64,000 nt of DNA. Source: a virus (taxonomy: Duplodnaviria; Caudoviricetes). The stretch is taken from IMG/VR virus record IMGVR_UViG_3300009183_000045, one strand, 5' to 3'. How positions within the stretch are numbered: position 1 is the first letter of the stretch; each line of letters starts with the position of its first letter. Shown piece after piece: positions 42,877-52,157 of the stretch. The position numbers and the translations under genes were made by a program. Under the pieces are notes generated by a model, which worked only from the letters and a program-made list of their open reading frames with translations, ran no database searches and was not told where the DNA came from.

Positions 42877-43950
42877 TTAAAAATGATGTGCGCAATACAT
42901 TGACCCGTCTACATACTGTTCCCAGCCATCTTCAGCCCACTCTTCACCTATAGTTCCATCCCACCCAGTCATATAATAATTTCCGTGAGGCAATTTATAG
43001 GTTAATTTATAAGGAAGAACCTCTTGAAGTGCCTTGCAATTATATAAAGCAAAGCCACCGCCTTGCATCTCTACTCGTATCAATCGAGGTTGCATTTCAT
43101 CAACTCTAGGAATTTTACCCCACAATTCGGGCTGCATTGATATGCAAGTAGTTAATGGATTTAATTTTTGTGGATAATATCCAGCCACACATGCCACTTT
43201 CTTTTTTTGTTTTTTCAAATTTTTCATGTGTTTATATAATTTTTGAAAACCATCATTAGGTGGCTCCATGTCATCTTCTATTTTCAATATATAATCATAA
43301 TGTAAAGAAGGTTCTCTAAGCAATTCTGAATAATTAACTGCTACATGAACGTGTTTATCTATAGCCAGATAGTGTTCTCCTTCTTTTATTTGATAAGATT
43401 TTCCTAAATCACAAATATAATAGTTGTTATATTTGCGACCACATTGAGACATTACATCATATAATAAATCTCTAATTTTATTATCATCACTATTATCTCC
43501 TAGAATTACATCTACTATGATATTTTCTGGTAGACAAGTTTCTCTTAAAAAGGTTTTCCAATATTCTACAAATGCTTTATTGGAAAACATTGTAACAATA
43601 GCAATACGAACCAGAGAATCTTCTGGTTTATCTTCAAAATTAAATTTTCTTTGAGACATTACTCTTCCAAAACGCAAAGAGTTTACAACATATCCACAAT
43701 TTACCAATTTTTGTATCAAGCCAAATAAATTGTCAAAATAATTGATAAAATGTGACAATAAATGGGTGTTTATAACATAAACACCATCTTGTGGCTCTAA
43801 CCAGGCTAAATTTTTATCACTTAATAATTCTTCTGCTATATTGATATTAGAATCCTTGCACACCGTAGAGTCTATTATCACATAATGTAAAGTTCTACAG
43901 TCTTCAACTCCTTTTTTAATTTCTTTTAAAAGTTCTTCTTCTGTAATCAT
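42877..43950 (-). CDS. Putative GT-A glycosyltransferase with N-terminal extension
   Basis: YILKIEDDM, GGGFALY, GWD. Confidence 0.6.
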   Translation of the reverse strand: MITEEELLKEIKKGVEDCRTLHYVIIDSTVCKDSNINIAEELLSDKNLAWLEPQDGVYVINTHLLSHFINYFDNLFGLIQKLVNCGYVVNSLRFGRVMSQRKFNFEDKPEDSLVRIAIVTMFSNKAFVEYWKTFLRETCLPENIIVDVILGDNSDDNKIRDLLYDVMSQCGRKYNNYYICDLGKSYQIKEGEHYLAIDKHVHVAVNYSELLREPSLHYDYILKIEDDMEPPNDGFQKLYKHMKNLKKQKKKVACVAGYYPQKLNPLTTCISMQPELWGKIPRVDEMQPRLIRVEMQGGGFALYNCKALQEVLPYKLTYKLPHGNYYMTGWDGTIGEEWAEDGWEQYVDGSMYCAHHF

Positions 43951-44075
43951 TTTTTAACAATGGTTATTCCAGACTTTCTAATATTTTTTACAATTTGAGG
44001 TGTGTTTTGACTATTGGCTCCATAATAATGAGGATTTATAGTTTTTACCAATTGCTTGGTTCTTATCATACTCAT
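43947..44075 (-). CDS. Unlisted small ORF, 42 aa (MSMIRTKQLVKTINPHYYGANSQNTPQIVKNIRKSGITIVKK)
   Basis: Fills the intergenic gap; its TGA overlaps the ATG of 42877..43950. Confidence 0.55.
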   Translation of the reverse strand: MSMIRTKQLVKTINPHYYGANSQNTPQIVKNIRKSGITIVKK

Positions 44076-44088
44076 TCTTCCGACTGTA

Positions 44089-44706
44089 TTAAACAAAATT
44101 TTGTCCTCCTACAAATCCGTACCAAGAGCCACCGCCCGTAAAAGTTGTAAATGAGTATATGTCTTCTGTGTAAGCATCCTGAGACATTTGAGGTATATCA
44201 TTATTTGACCACTTAACAACATTGTTGTCAAAATTCCAACTAACACTTCGTAGACCTCGTTGTTTTATTATTAAGCTAAAGGTATAAGTTTCCTGTGGTG
44301 TATGAATTAATACAAAGCTTGTAATATTATTATTTAAATCAATGTGAAATGTATTACCCTTAGAAAGATCTAAAGTAACTGTATTGTTTAATATAGGAAG
44401 GTAGGTAGTTGTTTCTGAATAATTTACAGTTCTAACACTGGTGTTTTCTAGTGTTGCTTCCCTTGCAAATATATTATCTGTCATTATAGCATGATGTAAT
44501 GTATAAATTAAATAATTTAAAACCATCCTTATGCCGGTGGCCGCAGGCACCTCTGCATTTATATAATCATATTCAGTTCCGTTTATGTATTTAGCAGTTA
44601 GGGTATTTCCTACAAATAAATCATTATCGACTATAATATCATCAAAAGCCGAGAAATCTTCTGGCCCGGTCGTAGCATCTATGTTGTTTAGAAATCTAAT
44701 GCTCAT
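44089..44706 (-). CDS. Virion/fibre-associated protein with a common phage fibre C-terminal beta domain
   Basis: TLDLSKGNTF..L..N, F.LIIKQ.G...V.W...VKW....P, DI.SF....GG..WYG. Confidence 0.6.
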   Translation of the reverse strand: MSIRFLNNIDATTGPEDFSAFDDIIVDNDLFVGNTLTAKYINGTEYDYINAEVPAATGIRMVLNYLIYTLHHAIMTDNIFAREATLENTSVRTVNYSETTTYLPILNNTVTLDLSKGNTFHIDLNNNITSFVLIHTPQETYTFSLIIKQRGLRSVSWNFDNNVVKWSNNDIPQMSQDAYTEDIYSFTTFTGGGSWYGFVGGQNFV

Positions 44707-44750
44707 ATAATAGGGTTAATAATTTATTTACGTTAAACATTCAGTTTTCC

Positions 44751-44758
44751 TATAAATA
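44751..44758 (+). promoter_or_regulatory. T4-type late promoter TATAAATA
   Basis: Exact consensus, 5 nt before ATG 44764. Confidence 0.7.
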
Positions 44759-44763
44759 AAAAT

Positions 44764-45474
44764 ATGTCTCAGGCCTCTTTTGTACAAAAACTTATTCAAG
44801 AACAAATCAGCATAGCCAAAAATAGAATTAATTCTAAATTTGATACGTTGTTGGAACACATTTTAAGAGAAGATGAGATAGCCACTGGTACGGTATCTTC
44901 TCCCCCTGACACTTCAGCCGGTGGACCCCCAACGGTACCCAATAATAACCCAATAATGCCCCAAGCAGATGATCAAACAGAATTGCCGCCGGAAAATGCA
45001 GATATTCAAATCAAATTAGCCAAACTAGCAGCATTAGCTTTATTAACAAATATGGACAAGGTGGTGGAGGACCACGAAGAAATGAGGCAAGATGAAATAT
45101 TTTTATCTAGACTAAAAAATAGTGGAGTCACAGGAGGAGAAGATAGTATAAAAGTCTTGCAAAAAATCTTAAAAATTGTAAAATTAGGAGGCAATACTGT
45201 AAATTTTGACATAAATCAAAATTTTATAGACAAATTTGATCCAGCGGCCAATGATGCAATAACAAATTTAATAGTTAAAGTTTTGTTCATCTCTAAAGAT
45301 AAAATTCTCCAAAATAATGATTCATTGAGAGGGGTAATAGATAGCATAGGAACTTTATTATCACAAATAAAACCCATAGAACAGTCAGATCCGGCAGCGG
45401 CCGTTAAAATTGCCGGTGAAATTATCCAAAAAATAAATAACGATATTCTTCCATCTGCAGACTTGACTATATAA
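44764..45474 (+). CDS. Hypothetical late protein, candidate head/internal protein
   Basis: Late promoter; F..LL..ILRE motif followed by a Pro-rich linker. Confidence 0.65.
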   Translation: MSQASFVQKLIQEQISIAKNRINSKFDTLLEHILREDEIATGTVSSPPDTSAGGPPTVPNNNPIMPQADDQTELPPENADIQIKLAKLAALALLTNMDKVVEDHEEMRQDEIFLSRLKNSGVTGGEDSIKVLQKILKIVKLGGNTVNFDINQNFIDKFDPAANDAITNLIVKVLFISKDKILQNNDSLRGVIDSIGTLLSQIKPIEQSDPAAAVKIAGEIIQKINNDILPSADLTI

Positions 45475-45490
45475 TATAAATGACTAAAAT
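45463..45490 (+). promoter_or_regulatory. Sigma70-type promoter TTGACT-N16-TAAAAT, 5 nt before ATG 45496
   Basis: Read directly. Confidence 0.55.
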
Positions 45491-45495
45491 AAGTC

Positions 45496-45747
45496 ATGCC
45501 AGATGTATGCCTTTCTAAAAAAGAGATTCAATTAACACTTGAATCTCTATTGTACTGTGCTTCATCAGACTTCGATCACTCTCAGTATTGTGAAGATCTT
45601 ATTGAAATATCTCAATTAGCAATCAGGTTGAGACTATTACACCAGGAAATTCCTGTATCAAATATTACATTTGTTAAGGAAAATCCTTTCACTTCACAAT
45701 TCACTCATGAATTATTAAAATTCTTTCCAGAAATACAAATTATATAA
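45496..45747 (+). CDS. Hypothetical protein, 83 aa
   Basis: Promoter upstream; operon with the kinase-like gene. Confidence 0.6.
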   Translation: MPDVCLSKKEIQLTLESLLYCASSDFDHSQYCEDLIEISQLAIRLRLLHQEIPVSNITFVKENPFTSQFTHELLKFFPEIQII

Positions 45748-45751
45748 ACAT

Positions 45752-46384
45752 ATGAAATTAGCAGTAGTAGGCACTCAGTGCATAGGCAAAAGCACTTACA
45801 TTAAAGATTTTTTAAATAAGTGGAAAATGTATACAACTCCTGAAAAAACATACAGAGATGTAGTCAAAGAAAAAAACATACCGATTAACAGATTAGGAGA
45901 TGAAGAATCACAACAAATTATATTAGACTTTCTGATTGATCAGGCCATGTCTTGTTCTAAAACTGAAAATGTAATATTCGATCGTTGTATATTAGACAAT
46001 CTAGCATACTCTTCCTGGCTTCATCTTAATGATAAAGTATCAGAAAAATTTTTAGACAAGTCCCGACTATTGGTAAGAGAAACTTTAAAGATGTTTGACA
46101 TCATTTTCTTTTTGCCTATTACAAAGATGTCACCAGTTGCTTTAGTTGAAGACGGTGTGAGAGACACAGATCCCGTATATAGGGAAGAAATAGACAACAT
46201 ATTTAAAGCTTTCTTAAAGTCCTATCATCAAGAAGACGGGAGAGTGTTTCCTAAAGGTGACAGTCCCCCGATTATAGAAATTTACGGAAGTCCAGAACAG
46301 CGCTTGTCTTTGACCGCTTTATACCTTAATGAAGAAGGTAAAGCCTTTGGTGAAGAACAAAGTCTTATATCTGAACTATATTAA
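45752..46384 (+). CDS. P-loop nucleotide kinase (NadR/Ttd14 AAA_28-like, possible dNMP kinase)
   Basis: AVVGTQCIGKST, IFDRCILD, YDI-like FDIIFFLP, R.EID. Confidence 0.75.
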   Translation: MKLAVVGTQCIGKSTYIKDFLNKWKMYTTPEKTYRDVVKEKNIPINRLGDEESQQIILDFLIDQAMSCSKTENVIFDRCILDNLAYSSWLHLNDKVSEKFLDKSRLLVRETLKMFDIIFFLPITKMSPVALVEDGVRDTDPVYREEIDNIFKAFLKSYHQEDGRVFPKGDSPPIIEIYGSPEQRLSLTALYLNEEGKAFGEEQSLISELY

Positions 46385-46387
46385 TGG

Positions 46388-46393
46388 TAAATA
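46388..46393 (+). promoter_or_regulatory. Late promoter core TAAATA, 6 nt before ATG 46400
   Basis: Read directly. Confidence 0.5.
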
Positions 46394-46399
46394 AAAGAT

Positions 46400-47377
46400 A
46401 TGAATTTATTTAATTCTCTTTATACTGAGCAATTGGAAGAAATGGCAAGATCCTCAGATGTTGCAGATTTTGGAAGTGTGCCAGAAGACTTCCCCAGCAA
46501 AGCAGTCCCGAGCAGAGGAACAGCTAATCGTTTTGGCAGGCATCAAAATTCAGATGTCCAACCATTCTTTCAAGCAGTTGTGCAGGACTTCCTATCTAGA
46601 GATAATAAGAAAATTACATATGCAGAAGTTTCAACAGCTATTAAAAACATTTTACTAAAAGGCAAAGAACGCGGAGGAATGGGCATGGGACCAACTTTTG
46701 CTGATAAATGGACTCAGCATTTATCAGATGTCTTGTTTAAATTATTAAAAGGAGTTAATGCAGCTTCAAAGGCACCAGACAGTAATCCTGCAATTACAAA
46801 TGATTCATCAGATAAATCTCCTATTAATGTGGCACCGGAAGCATCCACAGAACCATCGGGAGAAGAACCTTCAGGAGAAGAGGCAGAAACAGAAGGTACT
46901 CCAGAATCAGAAGAGTCTGATGAAGAACACGTTGAAGGAGAACAAGAATCTCCTTCCGCAGATAAAGACTTGGAGGCCACTGCTGAATTAAACTTGAACC
47001 CTGATGAAGAAACTTTGTTGGATGTAATTAAAAATTTAGGAGGTAATGAAGTTTCTAATAAACAAATTTTGGCGGATTCTTCGACCCCTTTCAAATTAAG
47101 AGATGATCCTTCTAAATTGAGAGAAGTTTTAGGAAAAATGGCCCGAGAAGGCCTTATTAGCAGAGGCGACACCGGCTGGTCCATCAAAGAAAAAGAATCT
47201 GCTGATTCTGAAGCCGTTTTTGATAGAGAAGAAGGAGGAGAAGATTATGGTGCCAAAGACACCATATCTAAATATGCATCTCATTACGGAGATAAGCAAG
47301 AATTCGGGTCACAATTTGAGAATTATGACATTATGAAATCTTTTGTAGATGTCTTTAAGGCAAAAAGTCGTGAGTAA
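46400..47377 (+). CDS. Hypothetical late protein with acidic linker and probable C-terminal winged helix
   Basis: MNLFNSLYTEQLEE leader; TLLDVIKNLG...KLREVLGKMAREGLISR wHTH-like segment. Confidence 0.65.
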   Translation: MNLFNSLYTEQLEEMARSSDVADFGSVPEDFPSKAVPSRGTANRFGRHQNSDVQPFFQAVVQDFLSRDNKKITYAEVSTAIKNILLKGKERGGMGMGPTFADKWTQHLSDVLFKLLKGVNAASKAPDSNPAITNDSSDKSPINVAPEASTEPSGEEPSGEEAETEGTPESEESDEEHVEGEQESPSADKDLEATAELNLNPDEETLLDVIKNLGGNEVSNKQILADSSTPFKLRDDPSKLREVLGKMAREGLISRGDTGWSIKEKESADSEAVFDREEGGEDYGAKDTISKYASHYGDKQEFGSQFENYDIMKSFVDVFKAKSRE

Positions 47378-47404
47378 TACTTAAAAATCCGTTATACTGG
47401 TTAC

Positions 47405-48364
47405 ATGAGGGCTCTACCGGGAACTTATGTTTTAAGCAAATTCTATACCTTAGCAGGAGAACCTTCTTTTCGTAAATTTGACGGCAATTATAATGCCTCT
47501 TGTCCAATATGTCGTGAAGGTAAGAGCTGGTTGAAAAAGAAAAGACTTTTCTTCTATCCTTCAACCAGCTCTTTTTATTGCTTCAATTGCAATAAATCAT
47601 GGAATGCCTGGAGATGGATCACTGAATCCTCTGGTCTTACTAGAGAAGAGATTGAAATAGAAGCATTCAATGGCAACACCTCAACAGATGTCACTGATCA
47701 TATAGGATTAGTTAAACAAATTCGCAAAGAAAAACCAAATCTTCCTCATGATTCAGTTAATTTGAGTGATTTACAACAACAAAAATTTTATAGATCTTCT
47801 AATCACTTTAATAATGCTCTTGAATACTTAAAAAGTAGAAAATTAGATGTAGCAATCAACCGAAGTGTTAATTTTTATATAAGTTTAACAGACCACTTTC
47901 ATAAAAATAGGTTATGTATTCCCTATTTTGATCGCAATCGTAAAATAGTATTCTATCAAACAAGATCTTTAGACGGTTCAGAACCTCGTTATTTAAATAA
48001 AATAGGATATGACAAAACTGTTTTTGGTATAGACAGAGTTGATAGTGAGTTGGATAAAATTTTTCTATTTGAAGGACCTATTGATGCCATGTTTGTAAAG
48101 AATGGAGTATCTTTAGCCGGCCTTTCCCTCACCAATACCCAAGAGAAACAATTATCAGAATTTCCTTTTCATGACAAAATATGGGTATTAGACAATCCAA
48201 GAATAGACAAGGCCTCCAAAGAGAAGCTTTTTAGCTTGTTAAGCACAAAACAAAAGGTATTCCGGTGGCCTCTCGACAAGCCCTATAAAGATTTCAATGA
48301 ATGGGCGGTTAAAGAAGGAATCAACGAAATACCTATTGATTTTATTTTAAATTCTTTATACTAA
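47405..48364 (+). CDS. gp61 DNA primase
   Basis: CPIC zinc finger, YCFNC, IPY, YQTR, RYLN, TOPRIM FEGPIDAMF, LDN, YKDFNE. Confidence 0.95.
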   Translation: MRALPGTYVLSKFYTLAGEPSFRKFDGNYNASCPICREGKSWLKKKRLFFYPSTSSFYCFNCNKSWNAWRWITESSGLTREEIEIEAFNGNTSTDVTDHIGLVKQIRKEKPNLPHDSVNLSDLQQQKFYRSSNHFNNALEYLKSRKLDVAINRSVNFYISLTDHFHKNRLCIPYFDRNRKIVFYQTRSLDGSEPRYLNKIGYDKTVFGIDRVDSELDKIFLFEGPIDAMFVKNGVSLAGLSLTNTQEKQLSEFPFHDKIWVLDNPRIDKASKEKLFSLLSTKQKVFRWPLDKPYKDFNEWAVKEGINEIPIDFILNSLY

Positions 48365-48936
48365 CCACCAACCTGAGTTTGTTCAAAATCTCTTTGTTTT
48401 TTGGGTGCCATAATAATGAAAGAGTTAAGAACTTCTTTCAACTTTTCAATTTCACCAGCAATGCGAGTAATACTGTCGGAGGCCTTACGAGTGACTCCGC
48501 GTAATAAAGAACCCGGCCGGTCTTCTGCTGCAAGTATTTTGTGCAAGGACTGGCTGTCAGGGTTGTTCATGAAGTCTGCAAAATCATCTAATTTCTTGGA
48601 CCATTCTCTTATTGCCGTGATAGCATTGGCGGTTACATTAGGATCAGTGCCTTCTGTGTCAAAATTATCCCCTGGAGTTTCTTTTTCTAAAGAATCACCA
48701 AAATCTTTTTGATTTTGGTCTGGTGTAAAATCTTCTGGAGTCTTTGGATCCACCGCTTGGGCGGCGGCGGCCACATCCCCTTCGGCTTCTCTTACTAAGT
48801 GAGATATAAAACTTTTCAAAAACGGAACATATGATTCATCATACTCGCAGCTTGCCTGATTAGCTTTTAGAATTCTTGCAACCTCTTTGGCATGCACATT
48901 TGAATTATTTTTCGTGTTTTTGATTGAATTCTTCAT
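48361..48936 (-). CDS. Hypothetical protein, 191 aa, candidate late/internal protein
   Basis: Opposite strand; TAAATA upstream (48949-48954); F..HLVRE motif. Confidence 0.65.
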   Translation of the reverse strand: MKNSIKNTKNNSNVHAKEVARILKANQASCEYDESYVPFLKSFISHLVREAEGDVAAAAQAVDPKTPEDFTPDQNQKDFGDSLEKETPGDNFDTEGTDPNVTANAITAIREWSKKLDDFADFMNNPDSQSLHKILAAEDRPGSLLRGVTRKASDSITRIAGEIEKLKEVLNSFIIMAPKKQRDFEQTQVGG

Positions 48937-48952
48937 TGATTTATAGTATATT
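48924..48952 (+). promoter_or_regulatory. Sigma70-type promoter TTGAAT-N17-TATATT, 6 nt before the queC ATG
   Basis: Read directly. Confidence 0.55.
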
Positions 48953-48958
48953 TACCTC

Positions 48959-49702
48959 ATGGACAGTACAAATACATTGAAGTCTTGTGTAGTTTTATTT
49001 AGCGGAGGCATGGACAGTACCGTTGTACTGCATCATGCATTAGCCAATTATGATAAAGTGTATGCTTTAGCTATTGATTATGGGCAACGTAATATTAGAG
49101 AATTAACAAATGCAGAAGATTATCTTACCAGTTACATTTTAAAATCTTCATATGCAGAAAAAATCAAATATTCACGCTTGCCCCTTCCAGTTAAGCTATT
49201 GAATTTTAATTCAGCATTAACAAATGATGAGATAGAGGTGCCTAAAATGAAAGAGGTTATTGGAGATCCTCAAAATAATGCTTATGTACCCAATCGAAAT
49301 ATGATATTTTTATCATTGGCCGTTGGAATGGCAGAGAGTGTGGGTGCAACTCACGTACTATACGGAGCAGCAAAAGCAGATGATACATCAGGGTTCTGGG
49401 ATTGTACAGCTGACTTTAGAAATTATCTAAATACCATTTTATCCTTAAATCGTAGGAATTTAATAGAGATTAAAACACCTCTAATAGATAAAACAAAAAA
49501 AGAAATTATAGAATACGGTATTGAATTAGGAGTTGAGTTTGCACTGACGAGGACATGTTACACAGAACACGAAAAATCCTGTGGAGAGTGTCCTAGTTGT
49601 TCAGCAAGAATTGCAGGGTTTATTCACTCCAAAAAAATTGATCCTCTAAAATATTCTAGAGATATACCGTGGCAAAATTGGAATTGTGAACCATTATATT
49701 AA
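48959..49702 (+). CDS. queC: 7-cyano-7-deazaguanine (preQ0) synthase
   Basis: FSGGMDST, DYGQR, YVPNRNMIFLS, DC, TPL, T.TCY, CGECPSC..R. Confidence 0.95.
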   Translation: MDSTNTLKSCVVLFSGGMDSTVVLHHALANYDKVYALAIDYGQRNIRELTNAEDYLTSYILKSSYAEKIKYSRLPLPVKLLNFNSALTNDEIEVPKMKEVIGDPQNNAYVPNRNMIFLSLAVGMAESVGATHVLYGAAKADDTSGFWDCTADFRNYLNTILSLNRRNLIEIKTPLIDKTKKEIIEYGIELGVEFALTRTCYTEHEKSCGECPSCSARIAGFIHSKKIDPLKYSRDIPWQNWNCEPLY

Positions 49703-49705
49703 GAT

Positions 49706-50347
49706 ATGTGTGCAATTAGTGGATCTAACAATTTAGAAAAGGCGTTTGCTCTTTATAAACTTAATTTACAAAGAGGTGCCCAGTCCTCGGGTATGCTAGC
49801 AGTTGGCTCCAGAGGATCCAATGTAAGCAGAATAGCAAATACATATGATGAGGATTATATATCTCATTTTAAAAAACAATTTGCTCAAAGCCCTTTCAAC
49901 TATCATTATTTTTTATTCCATTCCAGGGCTCCTACAAATAGTACAGTAACAACCTGGAGCCAAGAAACTACACACCCGTTTGCGTCTTCCAGTGGCCCAG
50001 ATTATCTCGTAGCACATAATGGAATTATAACAAATTTTTCTTCTTTTGAAGAAAGTAAACATCTAACAATAGATTCTCAAATAATTCCAGAACATCTATC
50101 GAAAACTCAAAACATTGTTGAAACATTTTCAAAATACGAAGGATTGTTTACCTGTTGGATAGTAAACAGGGATAGAATACAATTAGTTAAAGCGGGCAGT
50201 TCTCTATGGATGGATGAAAATTCCTTTTCTTCTTCCAAGTTTGAAGGTGCAGAATGTGTGGAAGATGATGGTGTTATATTTGATTATAAAGACGGAAAAT
50301 TTGAAAAGAGTGGAACCTTTCCGTACACCAACACTTATTTTATATGA
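49706..50347 (+). CDS. Class II (Ntn) glutamine amidotransferase
   Basis: N-terminal Cys (MCAISG), RG..SSG, HSRAPT, HPF, AHNGII. Confidence 0.88.
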   Translation: MCAISGSNNLEKAFALYKLNLQRGAQSSGMLAVGSRGSNVSRIANTYDEDYISHFKKQFAQSPFNYHYFLFHSRAPTNSTVTTWSQETTHPFASSSGPDYLVAHNGIITNFSSFEESKHLTIDSQIIPEHLSKTQNIVETFSKYEGLFTCWIVNRDRIQLVKAGSSLWMDENSFSSSKFEGAECVEDDGVIFDYKDGKFEKSGTFPYTNTYFI

Positions 50348-51042
50348 AAAAAGTAACTGCAATTATTGCAACAGAAGCCAAGTCAATGCAAGAATTTGAA
50401 AAACGTCCAATTTTTAAATCTCTACAGAGACATTATGACTCTAAAGATCTTTTTACTTTGAATAAATTTGATTTTGTTGTCGTAAAAAACAACAAAGAAG
50501 GTTTGTCTAAGGTTTATAACAAATTTTTAGAAGACCCAAAGTATTCAAAGGATATACTTTTGTTTGTACATGATGATGTTGAACTAGAAGATGTGTTTTT
50601 AATTGAAAAATTGAGAGAATCTCCTTATGAGGTAACTGGTCTGGCAGGAACAAAAAAGGCAGACTTGAGTAAACCTTCTGGTTGGCATTTAATGAGTGGC
50701 AAAGAAGATTGGGTTGGGGAAGTGGCTCATGCAGAAATTAAAGAGGGCAAAAAAAATGTTTGGACAACTAGTTTTGGATCCACAGATTCCAGAGCCCTTT
50801 TGATAGACGGACTTTTTATTGCAGTAGACGTCAAAGCTTTAAGGGATAAATCTGTTAAATTTAATGAAAAGTTTGAATTTCATCATTATGATTTAGCCTT
50901 CTGTCTTGAGTGTAATAAAGCAAAAGTAAAAATTGGTGTGTTGCCTATAAGAGCAATCCACCACGGTCTAGGTGATAGTATGCTTTCTGAAGATTGGAAG
51001 ATCAGTGCTGAAATATTCAAGCAAACCTACGGTACAAATTAA
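50344..51042 (+). CDS. GT-A glycosyltransferase (Glyco_tranf_2_5-like)
   Basis: LSKVYN, FVHDDV, GLAG, IDGLFIAV, FHHYDL..C; ATGA overlap with the GAT gene. Confidence 0.82.
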   Translation: MKKVTAIIATEAKSMQEFEKRPIFKSLQRHYDSKDLFTLNKFDFVVVKNNKEGLSKVYNKFLEDPKYSKDILLFVHDDVELEDVFLIEKLRESPYEVTGLAGTKKADLSKPSGWHLMSGKEDWVGEVAHAEIKEGKKNVWTTSFGSTDSRALLIDGLFIAVDVKALRDKSVKFNEKFEFHHYDLAFCLECNKAKVKIGVLPIRAIHHGLGDSMLSEDWKISAEIFKQTYGTN

Positions 51043-51064
51043 AAACAAACTATATAATAAAAAT

Positions 51065-51658
51065 ATGAGCAGATCTAGAATTTATAATGATGAAGACTAT
51101 GACGGATCTTTGATCCACGAACGATTTGGTTACAGAATCTTTCGTAAAGAATACAATCCACTTGGTGTCCTTTATATTACCAGAGGCAATATGGACGTTA
51201 AAGATAATCTGATTGATTTAGAGGATAAACTATCTGATGATTTTATTTATTCTGATGATGCATTGAGCATTTGCTGGGAGATTCCTAACATGAATGCTAT
51301 CGGAGCTGTATTCTTTCAGCGTCTATTTGTGCAAGAAATTGCTAACCTTTTCAGAACAGACAAGTTTGGTCTTTATGATGTTGAAGTAAATGGAGATGAT
51401 TTAATGCTTCGCAAAAAGGGCATGGGGGAGAATAATAGAGAAGAATGGGGCAAAGCTAGTGTAAGCATTACCAAAGTAACAGACACAGTTGCCTTGGGTC
51501 ATTTTGGAATCAATATTAGTGCGGGTGAAAGAGCACCTAGTTTTGCATTTTCTCTTTTCTTAACAGATGAGTTGGTTGAAAAGTTGGCTAGCAAAATTGA
51601 TGACATTTTTTATGAAATTGTTCGGGATTGTTTTACAGCAACCACCAAAGTAATTTAA
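51065..51658 (+). CDS. DUF366-like protein (BPL/LplA-like fold)
   Basis: YDGS.IH..F.YR, RG.MDV...LIDLED, FI.SDD, GDDL, K.SVSI, HFGINI; start taken at MSRSR (ATG 51065), preceded by TATAAT-N6. Confidence 0.75.
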   Translation: MSRSRIYNDEDYDGSLIHERFGYRIFRKEYNPLGVLYITRGNMDVKDNLIDLEDKLSDDFIYSDDALSICWEIPNMNAIGAVFFQRLFVQEIANLFRTDKFGLYDVEVNGDDLMLRKKGMGENNREEWGKASVSITKVTDTVALGHFGINISAGERAPSFAFSLFLTDELVEKLASKIDDIFYEIVRDCFTATTKVI

Positions 51659-51754
51659 TATTATGATAGTAACCCTATATACCCTACTAGCAGAACTCTC
51701 TATAACAGTGGCACAACTATTTTGTGAATTTTTTAATATTTGAAATAAAATTTA

Positions 51755-52144
51755 ATGGTTAAGAAAAAGTATAATGATGATCTATTTGTGTACCTTAACT
51801 GGATCCTTAAAAAACCAGTTAAGGAATTACAAGTTCAAAACACTCCATCTACCTACATAACTAATAGGTGGCTGTCTATGGTAGATGCCAGTACAGCCAA
51901 TATTATTAATGTAACATTTAATAGGTGGTTGATAAACAAAGCATTTAGTTCAGATAATTTAATGGCAGGAAAATTCTATAGAACATTAATGCCTTTTAAT
52001 AATAAAAGAATTTCTTATATTAAGAAACCCACAGCAGACAGTTCCAAAGATTGTGAAGACATTTCCAATCTAGCCAAAAATTTAGAAATGTCACAAAAAG
52101 AGATAGAGATGTATAATCAAACCCTTGATTTATTGAAGTTTTAA
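51755..52144 (+). CDS. gp62-like clamp-loader small subunit
   Basis: YITNRWLSM...FY..L......SYIKK...LAKNLEMS. Confidence 0.65.
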   Translation: MVKKKYNDDLFVYLNWILKKPVKELQVQNTPSTYITNRWLSMVDASTANIINVTFNRWLINKAFSSDNLMAGKFYRTLMPFNNKRISYIKKPTADSSKDCEDISNLAKNLEMSQKEIEMYNQTLDLLKF

Positions 52145-52157
52145 TTTAAATAATTTT

